IMG/VR virus record: IMGVR_UViG_3300012952_000028
Coordinates: 1-54,489 of that record
Strand: one strand, 5' to 3'
Length of the DNA: 54,489 bases
Source of the DNA: a virus
Lineage: Duplodnaviria > Caudoviricetes
Each line of letters begins with the position of its first letter. Within the stretch, counting starts at the first letter, position 1. This document shows, in pieces, positions 7,973 through 16,967 of the stretch. Made by a program: the position numbers and the translations under genes. A model generated the notes under the pieces. It searched no databases. It was not told the DNA's origin and worked only from the letters and a program-made list of their open reading frames with translations.

Positions 7973-9045
7973 GCGGTGGCCTGCGCTCCGTTTTCTGACA
8001 CGGGGATGTAAGTGCAATCATCCTTCTTGGCGTGTACTGCTGTCTCCAACATCTCAAACGCTACGGCATAGGGGCATGCATTAGCGTTAGGACGGCGATC
8101 CTCTAAGTAGCCGTACCCATCCTTAGCCGTACCCAGCGGGATGCGGATAGAGGCGGTACGGTCGCTCACGCCATACTTGAAGTCCTGGTAGGAGCAAGTC
8201 TCGTGTTTTCCGGTGAGGCGCATCTCGATCCCGTCCCCATACACGGCCAAGTGGGCCTGAATACGCTCTACGTCTGCGGCAGCTTCACACCATGAGGTGA
8301 TCTCTTTCATGCCACCCTCTTCCCGCATAGCTTTGGTCGAGAAATTGGTGTGCATGCCGCTTCCGTTCCAATCTCCGGGAACAGGCTTGGGGTCGAGAGT
8401 AGCGTTGATGCCGTAGTTCTCCCCGATGCGGTAGAGAAGCCAGCGAGCCATCCAAAGATGATCCCCTACCTCAAGGGCCGTGCAGGGTCCGATCTGGAAT
8501 TCCCACTGACCGGGCATCACCTCTGCGTTTACACCACTGATCTTGATTCCTGCGTCATAACAAGCCTGAAGATGCTTCTCTACCAACTCACGTCCGTAGA
8601 CCTGATCCGCACCCGCACCGCAGTAGTAAGGGCCTTGGGCCGGGGGGTAGCGACGATCATCGCCAAACCCCAGGGGTCGGGAGCCATCAAACAAAACGTA
8701 CTCTTGCTCCATGCCGAACCAAGCATCCTCGTACCCTTGTCGAGCCGTGAGAAACTCACGCACCTTGGCGCGATTATTGGTAGGGTGCGGGATTCCGTCA
8801 GCCGTGAATACTTCACACATGGCCAAGTAGTGGCCCTCCCCCCGTACCGGGTCGGGAATCACGCAAACCGGCTTCAGTAAACAATCCGAAGAGTCCCCAT
8901 CTGCTTGCTCGGTTGAACTTCCATCAAAGCTCCATTCAGGAAGATTCAACTCCTCCCCTTCCTTAAGGTCGGGCAAAACCTTGGTCTTCGACCGAATAGC
9001 GTGGGTTGGGGTGGCTCCATCAATCCAAAGATACTCTACAAACAT
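7969..9045 (-). CDS. glnII: glutamine synthetase type II
   Basis: EYLWIDG, WSFDGSST, WFGMEQEY, QGPYYCG, NAEVMPGQWEFQIGP, PKPVPGDWNGSGMHTNFST, RLTGKHET, DRTASIRIP and GYLEDRRP all intact. ATG 9045 follows SD GGGAGG. Confidence 0.95.
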   Translation of the reverse strand: MFVEYLWIDGATPTHAIRSKTKVLPDLKEGEELNLPEWSFDGSSTEQADGDSSDCLLKPVCVIPDPVRGEGHYLAMCEVFTADGIPHPTNNRAKVREFLTARQGYEDAWFGMEQEYVLFDGSRPLGFGDDRRYPPAQGPYYCGAGADQVYGRELVEKHLQACYDAGIKISGVNAEVMPGQWEFQIGPCTALEVGDHLWMARWLLYRIGENYGINATLDPKPVPGDWNGSGMHTNFSTKAMREEGGMKEITSWCEAAADVERIQAHLAVYGDGIEMRLTGKHETCSYQDFKYGVSDRTASIRIPLGTAKDGYGYLEDRRPNANACPYAVAFEMLETAVHAKKDDCTYIPVSENGAQATA

Positions 9046-9094
9046 ACTTCCTCCCAAAGTGTGCGGCCCAACTAACTTTGAAACCGCACTTCGA

Positions 9095-10519
9095 CTAAGC
9101 ACTTTCAGCTTTTTCTATCTCTTCTAACAATTCTCTAAGAGTAGCCGACCGGAATCGCTTTGCCACCCTCCTACGGGACGCTGTGCGCGCCACCTCTACG
9201 AACTTGAGAGGGTCGAAGGACAGCTCATCTTCCCCGTCCAGTAGAGCCTCTCTAAGACTATTTGCGGCCCTCCCTTGGGAGAAGAACCTCAATAAGATTT
9301 GGGGGTTGATGTAGCTTCCCCGCGTGACCGCGTCAGTATCATGACTGAGAGCCTTTTGAGCCTTCCCGATAGCTTGGTCGAGTGTTCTCACCAAAGCCTC
9401 TACCACCTTGGCTCTCAGCTCTTCCTCTTCCAAGTCAATAAATTCCCGTACCTCGGCTTGAAGGTCAATCTGGGCTTTTCGGATCTCATCAAACACCACC
9501 TCTGTAGCCCGCAGCTTCCGAAAGTCGGTGGGAGAGATCCCCTTGAAGTTCTGCCGGAAGTAGGCACTGAGGTCTTTGGCGGTGAAACGATGGCCGTCTG
9601 GGGTGACGAAGATGAACTTGGAGCCACTCTTCTGGGCCGACTCGACCAGGCTCTTCAAGATTTTAATGACGTTCCCATCACTCAGGGTGGCGACATTAGT
9701 AGAGCTGGCCTTCCCCACGAACTCCAACTCAGCAAAGTTGTCTCGAATGAATCGAACATGGGCGGGTCCCAACGTCACCGCTCCAAATGTCTCCACCGGT
9801 ACCTTTTCCCCGTTGATGGGGTCTCGCACTAAGGTCACGTTGCCCAACTTGCCGGGTCGGATTCCGGTTTCCATGATAATAGCGGTGACCAACGCAGCCA
9901 AACGGGTGACGGGGTCTCCAGAGCGAATGTCTTTCTTGACCTTGGCGACGATTGAGTTGTAACGCTCAAGCAAGTCTCTCATCGTCTCGATCTTCTTAGC
10001 CATGGTCTTGCGCTGGGCTACAAAACGGTCAGTGATCTGCTGAACCTTTCCGTCTTCGTCTACCTCGACCACCAGATTGTCGGGAAGGAATGCCCGCAGC
10101 TCCTCTGGAATCATCGCCTTTAGGGGTTCCTGGGCCTTCCCCAACTCCCGGGCACGGTAGGCCAGAATCATGATCCCTTCGAGTTTCTCGAATGCCTTGT
10201 TGATTCCCAGCGTTCCCAGCCCCAGGTCTCGAATCATATCCATGGTGCGGTTGCGCCATGAGTAGGCTTTGGGGTCGATACTGTCCGGCCCTACCCACTT
10301 ATCAATAAATCCGAGTACGTCACCCCGCTCTTTGAGTGCAGCTTTCAAGAAGCGGGCTTGCCTCTTAGGGTTGTCGGGATGGGCAGCTTGGGCCTCTAAC
10401 ACTACTGGGTCGAGGGCTTTGACAAGCGCACGTAAGTCCCGCCGAGCGATCTTCTTCTTATCCGAGTAGGACTTTACATCCTCTTTGGACCAACTCTTTA
10501 AGCCAGGGTGAAGTGGCAT
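9095..10519 (-). CDS. DNA topoisomerase IB (bacterial/poxvirus-like)
   Basis: Catalytic pentad in order: ETGIRPG (R), LEFVGK (K), DFRKLRAT (R), LSH (H), TRGSYINP (Y); TFGAVTL matches the Topo IB xxGxxTL motif. Confidence 0.85.
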   Translation of the reverse strand: MPLHPGLKSWSKEDVKSYSDKKKIARRDLRALVKALDPVVLEAQAAHPDNPKRQARFLKAALKERGDVLGFIDKWVGPDSIDPKAYSWRNRTMDMIRDLGLGTLGINKAFEKLEGIMILAYRARELGKAQEPLKAMIPEELRAFLPDNLVVEVDEDGKVQQITDRFVAQRKTMAKKIETMRDLLERYNSIVAKVKKDIRSGDPVTRLAALVTAIIMETGIRPGKLGNVTLVRDPINGEKVPVETFGAVTLGPAHVRFIRDNFAELEFVGKASSTNVATLSDGNVIKILKSLVESAQKSGSKFIFVTPDGHRFTAKDLSAYFRQNFKGISPTDFRKLRATEVVFDEIRKAQIDLQAEVREFIDLEEEELRAKVVEALVRTLDQAIGKAQKALSHDTDAVTRGSYINPQILLRFFSQGRAANSLREALLDGEDELSFDPLKFVEVARTASRRRVAKRFRSATLRELLEEIEKAESA

Positions 10520-10526
10520 CTACCAC

Positions 10527-11309
10527 CTACTTGCCCCATTTCTTGACGTACTCTTCAATGCTCTTGAAGATGTCTTGGGTGGGAGTTGAGAGGGGGAAAT
10601 TCTTTTTGTACTTGCCGGGATGGGATTCCATTCCCCCCACCACTTCCAACTTACCGCTTCTCCAGAAGATGTTGAAAAAGTAAGAGTCACCCTTCCCCTT
10701 CACCTCGGCGCGCACGCCGTAGGTTCCAGCAGGAGCGGTTTGAACCTTCCCTCCCAGTAGGCGTCCCAACTTCTTAGCTTCTCGGCCCCAGTAAGCGGAA
10801 AGGGCTTCAAAGGATGAGCTGGGCGCAGCGGTCTTGCTGCTGGCTCGCATGTCTCGGTGAGCTTCCATACGGCTCACATCACGTGCGATATCACTATCCC
10901 CCTTGAGGTCAGCAATTAGGTTGCGACACATCTTACTAACAGACTTCAACTCTCCGACATGGAAGCCTGCTCTCTTGAGTTGGGCGGCCAACTGATCACA
11001 CTTATTGGCCGCCTTGACAAGGTCTTCTTCTGCGGACTTTAAGAGCTTTTCAGACTGGGAGGCGTGGCGGGTGGCCAATCGTTGAGCAGCTTTCTTGAGG
11101 TCGGCTACCTCTTTCTTCATCTCACCCATCTCTTTGACCTCCTTCTCGATCTCTTTCAAGACCTCTTCCTGCTTGGAAGAGAGATCGTGACCTTCAGCCA
11201 TTTGCTCTAAGACGGATTTGAGAAAGTCATTGTCTGGCTTTTTCTCTGCCAGGGCTTTAACTTCCTCGAATTTCTTTTTGATGTCGTCAGCTGTGCGTAG
11301 CATAACCAT
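10527..11309 (-). CDS. hypothetical Lys/Glu-rich protein, possible head-associated protein
   Basis: ATG 11309 (or 11303) is more plausible than 11378, which lies inside the upstream gene. Modular, with RLATRHAS and KTAA linkers. Confidence 0.7.
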   Translation of the reverse strand: MVMLRTADDIKKKFEEVKALAEKKPDNDFLKSVLEQMAEGHDLSSKQEEVLKEIEKEVKEMGEMKKEVADLKKAAQRLATRHASQSEKLLKSAEEDLVKAANKCDQLAAQLKRAGFHVGELKSVSKMCRNLIADLKGDSDIARDVSRMEAHRDMRASSKTAAPSSSFEALSAYWGREAKKLGRLLGGKVQTAPAGTYGVRAEVKGKGDSYFFNIFWRSGKLEVVGGMESHPGKYKKNFPLSTPTQDIFKSIEEYVKKWGK

Positions 11310-11333
11310 TCCTAATGAGGTTACACCTAAATG

Positions 11334-11349
11334 AGATAGCCGTTTTATT
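11334..11349 (-). promoter_or_regulatory. candidate promoter motif AATA-N6-CTATCT
   Basis: Reads aataaaacggctatct upstream of the 11309/TopoIB/GS run; same spacing as the other copies. Confidence 0.35.
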
Positions 11350-11536
11350 GACCGCCGCCGTAGCCGTCTGCTGCCCAACCTCCTCCTTTTAGGGAGAAAG
11401 AGGTTCGAGAGATCATCTTGGTCGCATTATCCCCCTTACATTTTGGGCAGGGAGGGACCACTTCTCTCTCATCATGCTTCATAAGCCTCTCAAACTTATG
11501 GCCGCAGTCTTCACATTTGAATTCAAATAGGGGCAT
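11345..11536 (-). CDS. FmdB-family zinc-ribbon protein
   Basis: MPLFEFKCEDCGHKFE...CPKC...SFSLKGGGWAADGY is the classic FmdB pattern. Confidence 0.9.
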   Translation of the reverse strand: MPLFEFKCEDCGHKFERLMKHDEREVVPPCPKCKGDNATKMISRTSFSLKGGGWAADGYGGGQ

Positions 11537-11819
11537 ACCAGTGCGCCTCCTCGTCTACATCATCAATACCCTCTTCGTCCTCCTCATCCTCTTCGCAGTC
11601 AAAGGGGTCTTTGAAACAATCCCTCACTTCCCACTTAGCTTGGAGTTGGTGAAGTTCTCGGGCTTCGCGGGTGAGGATGGTAGCACTTCCATCCTCACCA
11701 ACACTTTCCATATAGATGCTCAAGGCATCAAAGAGGCGAGAATAGTTGTCCTCTTTCGCCCGATCTACCCTAATTATCAAATCTGATACAGCATTCTTCA
11801 AATCAACGAGAGGGTCCAT
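11523..11819 (-). CDS. hypothetical protein with acidic C-terminus
   Basis: 98-aa ORF in a minus-strand operon. Confidence 0.65.
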   Translation of the reverse strand: MDPLVDLKNAVSDLIIRVDRAKEDNYSRLFDALSIYMESVGEDGSATILTREARELHQLQAKWEVRDCFKDPFDCEEDEEDEEGIDDVDEEAHWYAPI

Positions 11820-11826
11820 TCCTCAT

Positions 11827-12240
11827 TTATCCTTTGGCGTCGCAACGCTCCCAATCAGCTTGCGCTTTTTTATTTTGCATAAGGGTTTCAGCTACAGAAA
11901 AATCCCAACTAACCTTTCCGCACGGGTTGTCTTGTACTGGGTCGAACCAAGAACAGGTGGGGCAATATTGACTCGGCCACACCACGTTCTCCTTGCCCAC
12001 CCCTAACAATGATAGGCGTTCTACCTCTTGCCCCGAGGTCTGGCCTTCCATTAAAGTGAGGGATACCGTACATCCCCCCTTTTCCAACAGGGACTTAAGG
12101 TTAGCCGCTTCTTGGGTAGACAGGACCAAATGACTGACGGTGGTTCCCCCGTCGTGGTCCACGGCAGGGTTCGCAGGAACCGCTATTTGAAAAGCACTCC
12201 CTCCTTGAATCCACAAGGTGTAGAGTTGTTGGTCAGTCAC
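11827..12240 (-). CDS. hypothetical protein with CxxC motif
   Basis: 137 aa; YCPTCSW...PCG. Confidence 0.65.
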   Translation of the reverse strand: MTDQQLYTLWIQGGSAFQIAVPANPAVDHDGGTTVSHLVLSTQEAANLKSLLEKGGCTVSLTLMEGQTSGQEVERLSLLGVGKENVVWPSQYCPTCSWFDPVQDNPCGKVSWDFSVAETLMQNKKAQADWERCDAKG

Positions 12241-12586
12241 TACTCCGTGCCCCGTCTCTCCATCTCTCCAACCACTCTACTTCTTGAGGGGTATGGGACT
12301 GCCCGCCGTTGCACACTTTGAGGTCAAACCCGCCGGGATACTCCGGAATGGGATCGGAATACGCCTTCACGCTTATGACGCGCCCATGTTGATCCCTCCA
12401 TGACGATCCGTAGCACGATGCTCTCGTTAAAGTGGCTGCCACTGTATTCCGCACGTACTTCAACTCACTTTCAGGCGTGAGAAATACCAAGGGGCGCGTA
12501 GACCCCTTCTCTTTATGGTGGATGGTTCTGCATACGCAATCGGATGAAAGTCTCATGATGCCCTCTTGTAAAGATTCAAAGTCCAA
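12233..12586 (-). CDS. hypothetical protein
   Basis: 117-aa ORF filling the operon gap; start uncertain. Confidence 0.55.
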   Translation of the reverse strand: MDFESLQEGIMRLSSDCVCRTIHHKEKGSTRPLVFLTPESELKYVRNTVAATLTRASCYGSSWRDQHGRVISVKAYSDPIPEYPGGFDLKVCNGGQSHTPQEVEWLERWRDGARSSD

Positions 12587-13518
12587 CCAAATTGCCGATT
12601 GGAGATGCCGTCAAAGCGAACCACCTCCACTAAGAAATGGTCCAGTCCTTGGCTGGCCGCTTCCTGGGCAAAGTAAGCTGTGGCTAAAGTGATAGGATTA
12701 CACCCTTCCGAGATGTCTTCCGAGCCGAACACTTGCAGCACCCACCGAAAGGATTTCAGAAGGGTGTCAGAAGCGCCAGCTGAAACCCTCAAGCCTCGTT
12801 TTTCCAATTCCCCCACCAATTCTCTTTCGATAACCGGGGCGACAGAGCGGCGTCCTTGGGTGGTGGCTATCGCCAGATAGACGCACTCTCTTTGTTGCTC
12901 AGGCGCAAGTAAGGCTGCTTCTGTAGGGAACGCATCCACTTGTCTTAAGGAGGGTAGCTGACCCGCCTCATAGCCAGGAACCCCCGTAGGAGCCGGGAGC
13001 TGGGGTTGGCCTGAGGGAATGAGGGCTGTCTCCTTAACATGTTCCTCTAACGCTAATTTCATCTCTTCTCTCACTTCCTCAGACGCCCTTTTGAGCATGA
13101 GCCCAATCAAAACTGGATCGGAAGAGGTTGCCTCTACAGGCACTGCGGGAGTGGCGTCTGGAGGGAGAGGTCCCGAGCGAAACTCTGGAACATCCCCATC
13201 TACTGATGCCCTCTCCATCAAGGCTGCCTCATAGACTGGGTTGAGCTGAGGAACGCCCGTGGAGGTTTCCATTTCTATGGGGCGGCCCACCTTTTCCATG
13301 TCCTGAGGGGACATCAACGCGGTGAGCTTAGACCCTTCTTTAGCCACGTCTTCTAAGAGTTGGGCTTCGGAAAGCAGGGAGAATAGATGGGGGACCGCCT
13401 CCTCCATCGTCAGCTCCCCCGACCTGATTTGCTCGTAAATCTCTTCCGCTCCGGGTACCCTCGCAACGAGGTCGCTTACCTTCCCCAAGAGTTGTAGAAT
13501 ATCGTCTTGCTGGCTCAT
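12553..13518 (-). CDS. hypothetical protein
   Basis: 321-aa ORF; no motif recognised. Confidence 0.75.
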   Translation of the reverse strand: MSQQDDILQLLGKVSDLVARVPGAEEIYEQIRSGELTMEEAVPHLFSLLSEAQLLEDVAKEGSKLTALMSPQDMEKVGRPIEMETSTGVPQLNPVYEAALMERASVDGDVPEFRSGPLPPDATPAVPVEATSSDPVLIGLMLKRASEEVREEMKLALEEHVKETALIPSGQPQLPAPTGVPGYEAGQLPSLRQVDAFPTEAALLAPEQQRECVYLAIATTQGRRSVAPVIERELVGELEKRGLRVSAGASDTLLKSFRWVLQVFGSEDISEGCNPITLATAYFAQEAASQGLDHFLVEVVRFDGISNRQFGWTLNLYKRAS

Positions 13519-13520
13519 GG

Positions 13521-14603
13521 CTATTCCGCTTTGAACATGTCTAAGACAGGGGTGGATTCCCCTCGTTGCCGTACCTTTCTACTTTGAGAGATACCCTCCA
13601 AGCGGCTCTTAGCTTCGGGCAAAGAAGCAATATTCACATCTATTCCGATGTAATTTCTCCCGTGGTCCAAAGCTGCACTTCCCGTGGTAGCGGTTCCTGA
13701 AAAGGGATCGAGAACCGTGGCGGGCCGAAACCCGTCATTATGCCCGCAGCTGAGAATCCAACACCCATTCTCAACACGGGGAGGCGTGCCGCAAGTGGCA
13801 CAAACCCCCTTTTCAGGCGTTGAGGCTAAGATCATCGGCTCTACTAAGTCATAGGGCCACGGGGATACTGACTTACCCAAGTAGGAGCCCAAATTGACTT
13901 TCCAAACTGTTCCCTTGTTCTTCCCCTTAGGGTGCCATGCCTTTTCTAAGTCAGGGCGTTTAGCCCACCCTCCAGCCATAATTGTCCCTTTGTTGTAGCC
14001 CTTTACGTGCTTCTCATCTTGAGACTTATGAGCCTCCCTCAAAGGATCGGCGTTGTAGAAGTATTGACCCCCGCTCTCCGGGTGTGCCAATAAGAAGAGG
14101 GTTCCGTGGGATTGGGATAATCTATCGGTATGAGCGCCAAACCCTGTCGGGTTGTCGGGAGCCCAGATAATGTCATTACGAACAACCCACCCATCTGCCT
14201 GAAGAGCTAAGGCTACGCGGGTGGGGATGAGGCCGAGTTGCTTGTTGTCAAGGTAACGGTCCCTCACGTAAATCCACGCCGTCCCGTCCTTTCTCAAGAA
14301 TGTCTGCACTTTTCGCATAGCCAGGACGCAGTGGCCGATAAACTCTTCCACTGTGGCTTCCATCCCCAGCACGCTTTCTTGAGCGGCTACTTTGATAGGC
14401 CTGGAATCGACAAAGGGGGTGTATGAAAATCGGGGCCATTGGACCGCCTCTCCATCCGATTGTCCAGGGACGGGAAACTCCGCGCAAACCACATGAACGC
14501 TATGGTCGGGCAAGCGAGCGTCCAGTACAGATGACCCATAAATAAGGGTAGCTGTAGGGGACTTATCGCCTAATTTCGGCTTCAAGTAGATGGGTTCAAC
14601 CAT
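13521..14603 (-). CDS. beta-class N4/N6 DNA methyltransferase homolog with degenerate catalytic motif
   Basis: Collinear with phage beta-MTases (LPDHSVH, LGMEATVEEFIGH, LRKDGTAW, IPTRVALALQADGWVVRNDIIW, VLDPFSGTATTG, YIGIDVN), but TSPPY is replaced by AEFPV. Confidence 0.85.
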   Translation of the reverse strand: MVEPIYLKPKLGDKSPTATLIYGSSVLDARLPDHSVHVVCAEFPVPGQSDGEAVQWPRFSYTPFVDSRPIKVAAQESVLGMEATVEEFIGHCVLAMRKVQTFLRKDGTAWIYVRDRYLDNKQLGLIPTRVALALQADGWVVRNDIIWAPDNPTGFGAHTDRLSQSHGTLFLLAHPESGGQYFYNADPLREAHKSQDEKHVKGYNKGTIMAGGWAKRPDLEKAWHPKGKNKGTVWKVNLGSYLGKSVSPWPYDLVEPMILASTPEKGVCATCGTPPRVENGCWILSCGHNDGFRPATVLDPFSGTATTGSAALDHGRNYIGIDVNIASLPEAKSRLEGISQSRKVRQRGESTPVLDMFKAE

Positions 14604-14621
14604 GTGACCTCCACTTAAACA

Positions 14622-14792
14622 TTAGGGTTTAGGGGTGTCGGACAACCCCCCAACAAAGACTATTCTCATGGTGTTCCGCTTCCCGTTCCGTCGAATACGA
14701 ACTGCGGACTTTTCAGGTACTTGCACCCCTCGCGCTTCCAGGGCTTCCTTGAGGAGTTGGACTATCTCGGGTTGTTCCAAGACGATTTCCAT
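14622..14792 (-). CDS. small hypothetical protein
   Basis: MEIVLEQPEIVQLLKEAL...; ATG 14792 overlaps the dioxygenase TGA. Confidence 0.6.
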   Translation of the reverse strand: MEIVLEQPEIVQLLKEALEARGVQVPEKSAVRIRRNGKRNTMRIVFVGGLSDTPKP

Positions 14793-15946
14793 CACTCTTC
14801 CCCAAACAATTCTTGTAAGTAGGCCACCTCTTCCTCCATCTTTTGAAGAGTCTCTTGATGCCTCTCCCGGTTCAAGGCAGCCTTTTGCTTGGAGGTGAGG
14901 AAAGTGGACTTCCACTTCGCATATTTAGCGGCCTCCTCTTCTTGGGAAGCGCAATGTTTCATCCTTACTCGGGCATAACACACCACGCTTATGCGCTCAT
15001 AATCATCCCCTACAGGTACCATGGGGGTGTTGCAATGCCACTGATGAACGTCCATCGCAAGGAAGTCTCCCGTCCTGACATCTACAGCCACCCGAAACTT
15101 GGGAAAGCCTGTGTAGCCCCCTTTGTAGGGGTCTCCCTCAATAACGGTGAGGTTCCCAAACCCTTGGGGGAAGTCTCCCGCGTCTTTGTGGGCGGCGGTT
15201 CTCCAGTTACGGTTCACAGTAATGGTGGTGAAGACAGTATCCCCTAAGGTCCAGCCGTTAGGGGAGATACCCGTATCCTCCACGAATTGCTTTTGGGCCA
15301 GCCATCGTTGGGGAGCTTGGTTACGAAAGCACTGGCTCACCGCTTCCAAGTATGGCACTGCTGCTTCAGTGCGGCCAGGGTTGGCTTTGGTGTAGCCAGT
15401 CTGACGACAGAACGGGTGCCTCTCTTCGGCGTTGTAGTATCCGGCAACCCCACTGTTAGAGAGGTTAGCAATATCTACTTTAGACACGGTGCCGTCCTCA
15501 AGGACATATCGGGCGCGAGTGCCGCTGCCTCCCAGCATGACCAACTTCCCTTTGGCGGTAGCCCGAACTCGAGAGGGGTCAATCTTGCCGCTGGCCAACC
15601 CTCGGTTATCGGCTTTCTTGGCTGCTCCCCGAAGGTGCTCCGCAGCAGTGTCGCATAAGTCTTGGGGGATCACCCCTTTCCGAAAAGAGAGTAGGAGGCG
15701 ATCTTCCACGTCCTCTTCACTAAACATAGAGATGGCATCAGATGCCCCTGGCCGGTAGATGTCGCAATCGCGGTTTACGATGATAGCATAGTGATCCTCA
15801 TCAATAAACTCCCCGCCTAAGCGATCTACCTCATAATCGGGGAGGATGCCAGGACCGCTCAACTCTATCTTGAGGATGCCTTGCTCTTCCCACTCCCAAC
15901 CTTCCAGGTCCCCCCGTCTAAAGGGCGTGGCGTCAGATGGCCTCAT
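14792..15946 (-). CDS. TET/JBP-family 2OG-Fe(II) dioxygenase (5-methylpyrimidine oxygenase)
   Basis: TVFTTITVNRNWRTAAHKDAGD (HxD), GNLTV, GGYTGFPKFRVAVDVRTGDFLAMDVHQWHCNTP (distal H), ERISVVCY (2OG-binding R): the phage TET/JBP signature. Confidence 0.88.
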   Translation of the reverse strand: MRPSDATPFRRGDLEGWEWEEQGILKIELSGPGILPDYEVDRLGGEFIDEDHYAIIVNRDCDIYRPGASDAISMFSEEDVEDRLLLSFRKGVIPQDLCDTAAEHLRGAAKKADNRGLASGKIDPSRVRATAKGKLVMLGGSGTRARYVLEDGTVSKVDIANLSNSGVAGYYNAEERHPFCRQTGYTKANPGRTEAAVPYLEAVSQCFRNQAPQRWLAQKQFVEDTGISPNGWTLGDTVFTTITVNRNWRTAAHKDAGDFPQGFGNLTVIEGDPYKGGYTGFPKFRVAVDVRTGDFLAMDVHQWHCNTPMVPVGDDYERISVVCYARVRMKHCASQEEEAAKYAKWKSTFLTSKQKAALNRERHQETLQKMEEEVAYLQELFGEE

Positions 15947-16218
15947 TCCTTCCCCATTAAGGTGCGGGCACTTTGGAGAATGAGCGTGTCTTCCTGATCC
16001 AGGGTTTCCAAGACTGATGGCTCTACCTTCTCAGCCAAAGTGCATAAGACTTTGGCGAATCCCCTCACCTGCTTAGTTTCAGAAGTGATTTCAGCTATAT
16101 CCTGCTTGTGCTCTTCTACTTGTTTGAGGAGGTCAGCGACTTTTGAAAGGTCATTGCTCTTCAATGAAGACTTACGCGCAAGGCGTTGTAAATTTCGGCG
16201 TTGTTTGCGATTGGCCAT
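15943..16218 (-). CDS. hypothetical basic coiled-coil protein
   Basis: ATG 16218 (MANRKQRR) after SD AGGAG; ATGA overlap with the dioxygenase. Confidence 0.65.
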   Translation of the reverse strand: MANRKQRRNLQRLARKSSLKSNDLSKVADLLKQVEEHKQDIAEITSETKQVRGFAKVLCTLAEKVEPSVLETLDQEDTLILQSARTLMGKE

Positions 16219-16260
16219 AAGTACTCCTACCTCCCTCATTACCCGCACCAGTCCATCCCC

Positions 16261-16284
16261 CGCCCCCCAATAGAGGGTTTATTG
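16261..16284 (+). promoter_or_regulatory. candidate promoter: CGCCCCCCAATAG box plus TA-N6-TTAT motif
   Basis: The 13-mer cgccccccaatag is identical to 20732-20744; both lie in divergent intergenic gaps. Confidence 0.5.
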
Positions 16285-16310
16285 CCAGTCAAGGCGAAGG
16301 AGTTTCCCCA

Positions 16311-16967
16311 ATGAAAAAGTTCTCTTTATTGCTTATCGGCCTCATTCTTACGGGCTGCCCTAAGAAACCTCTGCCTACCGGAGTGGCTCCTGATCCTACC
16401 CCAATCATCATTGTGGGCCTCGACACGGGTGCCCAGTTGAGTGCCGCGTCAGGTAAGATGGCTGAGGAATCGGAAGACTATGTAGGTTGTATGGTCGGCT
16501 CGGTGCTGGCCTCGGCCCTTGAGACTGCCAAGGAAGGAGTTGAGGGCAACTTAGACGGTGGGCTCTTACCCAGCGTAGATGTGGATATCAGTGGTTGCCT
16601 ACCTTTGGCAGAGAAGATGCCTGAAGGTCAAGACGTTCCGGCTATTGTTCAACCCATGTTTGACATGGCCCTTCAAGCATCAAAGGCAGCTGTTGCCGTT
16701 TATGGGGAAGACATGGCGTGTGCGCCTAAAGCGTGGACGATGGGAGGGCTGGAGTATGCCGAAGGACTGGTACCAGTAGTTATTGCGGAAGTTGCCAGCC
16801 CTGATGGAGTTCTCTCTATCCCGCAAGTTGCGGTGAACTTAGAGCCTTGCGCTCCAGCCGAACCTGCTCCTGAGCCAGAGGCAGAAGGTGATGACGATGA
16901 CAGCGCCAGTGATGAGGAGAAAATTGAATCAGAGGAAGAGGCTGCTGAGGCACAACCTGCCGAATGA
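16311..16967 (+). CDS. lipoprotein with acidic C-terminal tail
   Basis: MKKFSLLLIGLILTG-CPKK lipobox; SD AAGGAG; PEPAPEPEAEGDDDDSA tail. Confidence 0.8.
   Translation: MKKFSLLLIGLILTGCPKKPLPTGVAPDPTPIIIVGLDTGAQLSAASGKMAEESEDYVGCMVGSVLASALETAKEGVEGNLDGGLLPSVDVDISGCLPLAEKMPEGQDVPAIVQPMFDMALQASKAAVAVYGEDMACAPKAWTMGGLEYAEGLVPVVIAEVASPDGVLSIPQVAVNLEPCAPAEPAPEPEAEGDDDDSASDEEKIESEEEAAEAQPAE

Noticed and set aside
9095-10519. Tyrosine integrase, implying a prophage
   Set aside because: Motif context (FVGK, DFR, SYINP, TFGAVTL) fits Topo IB rather than HxLRH integrases; no att repeats or host genes seen.
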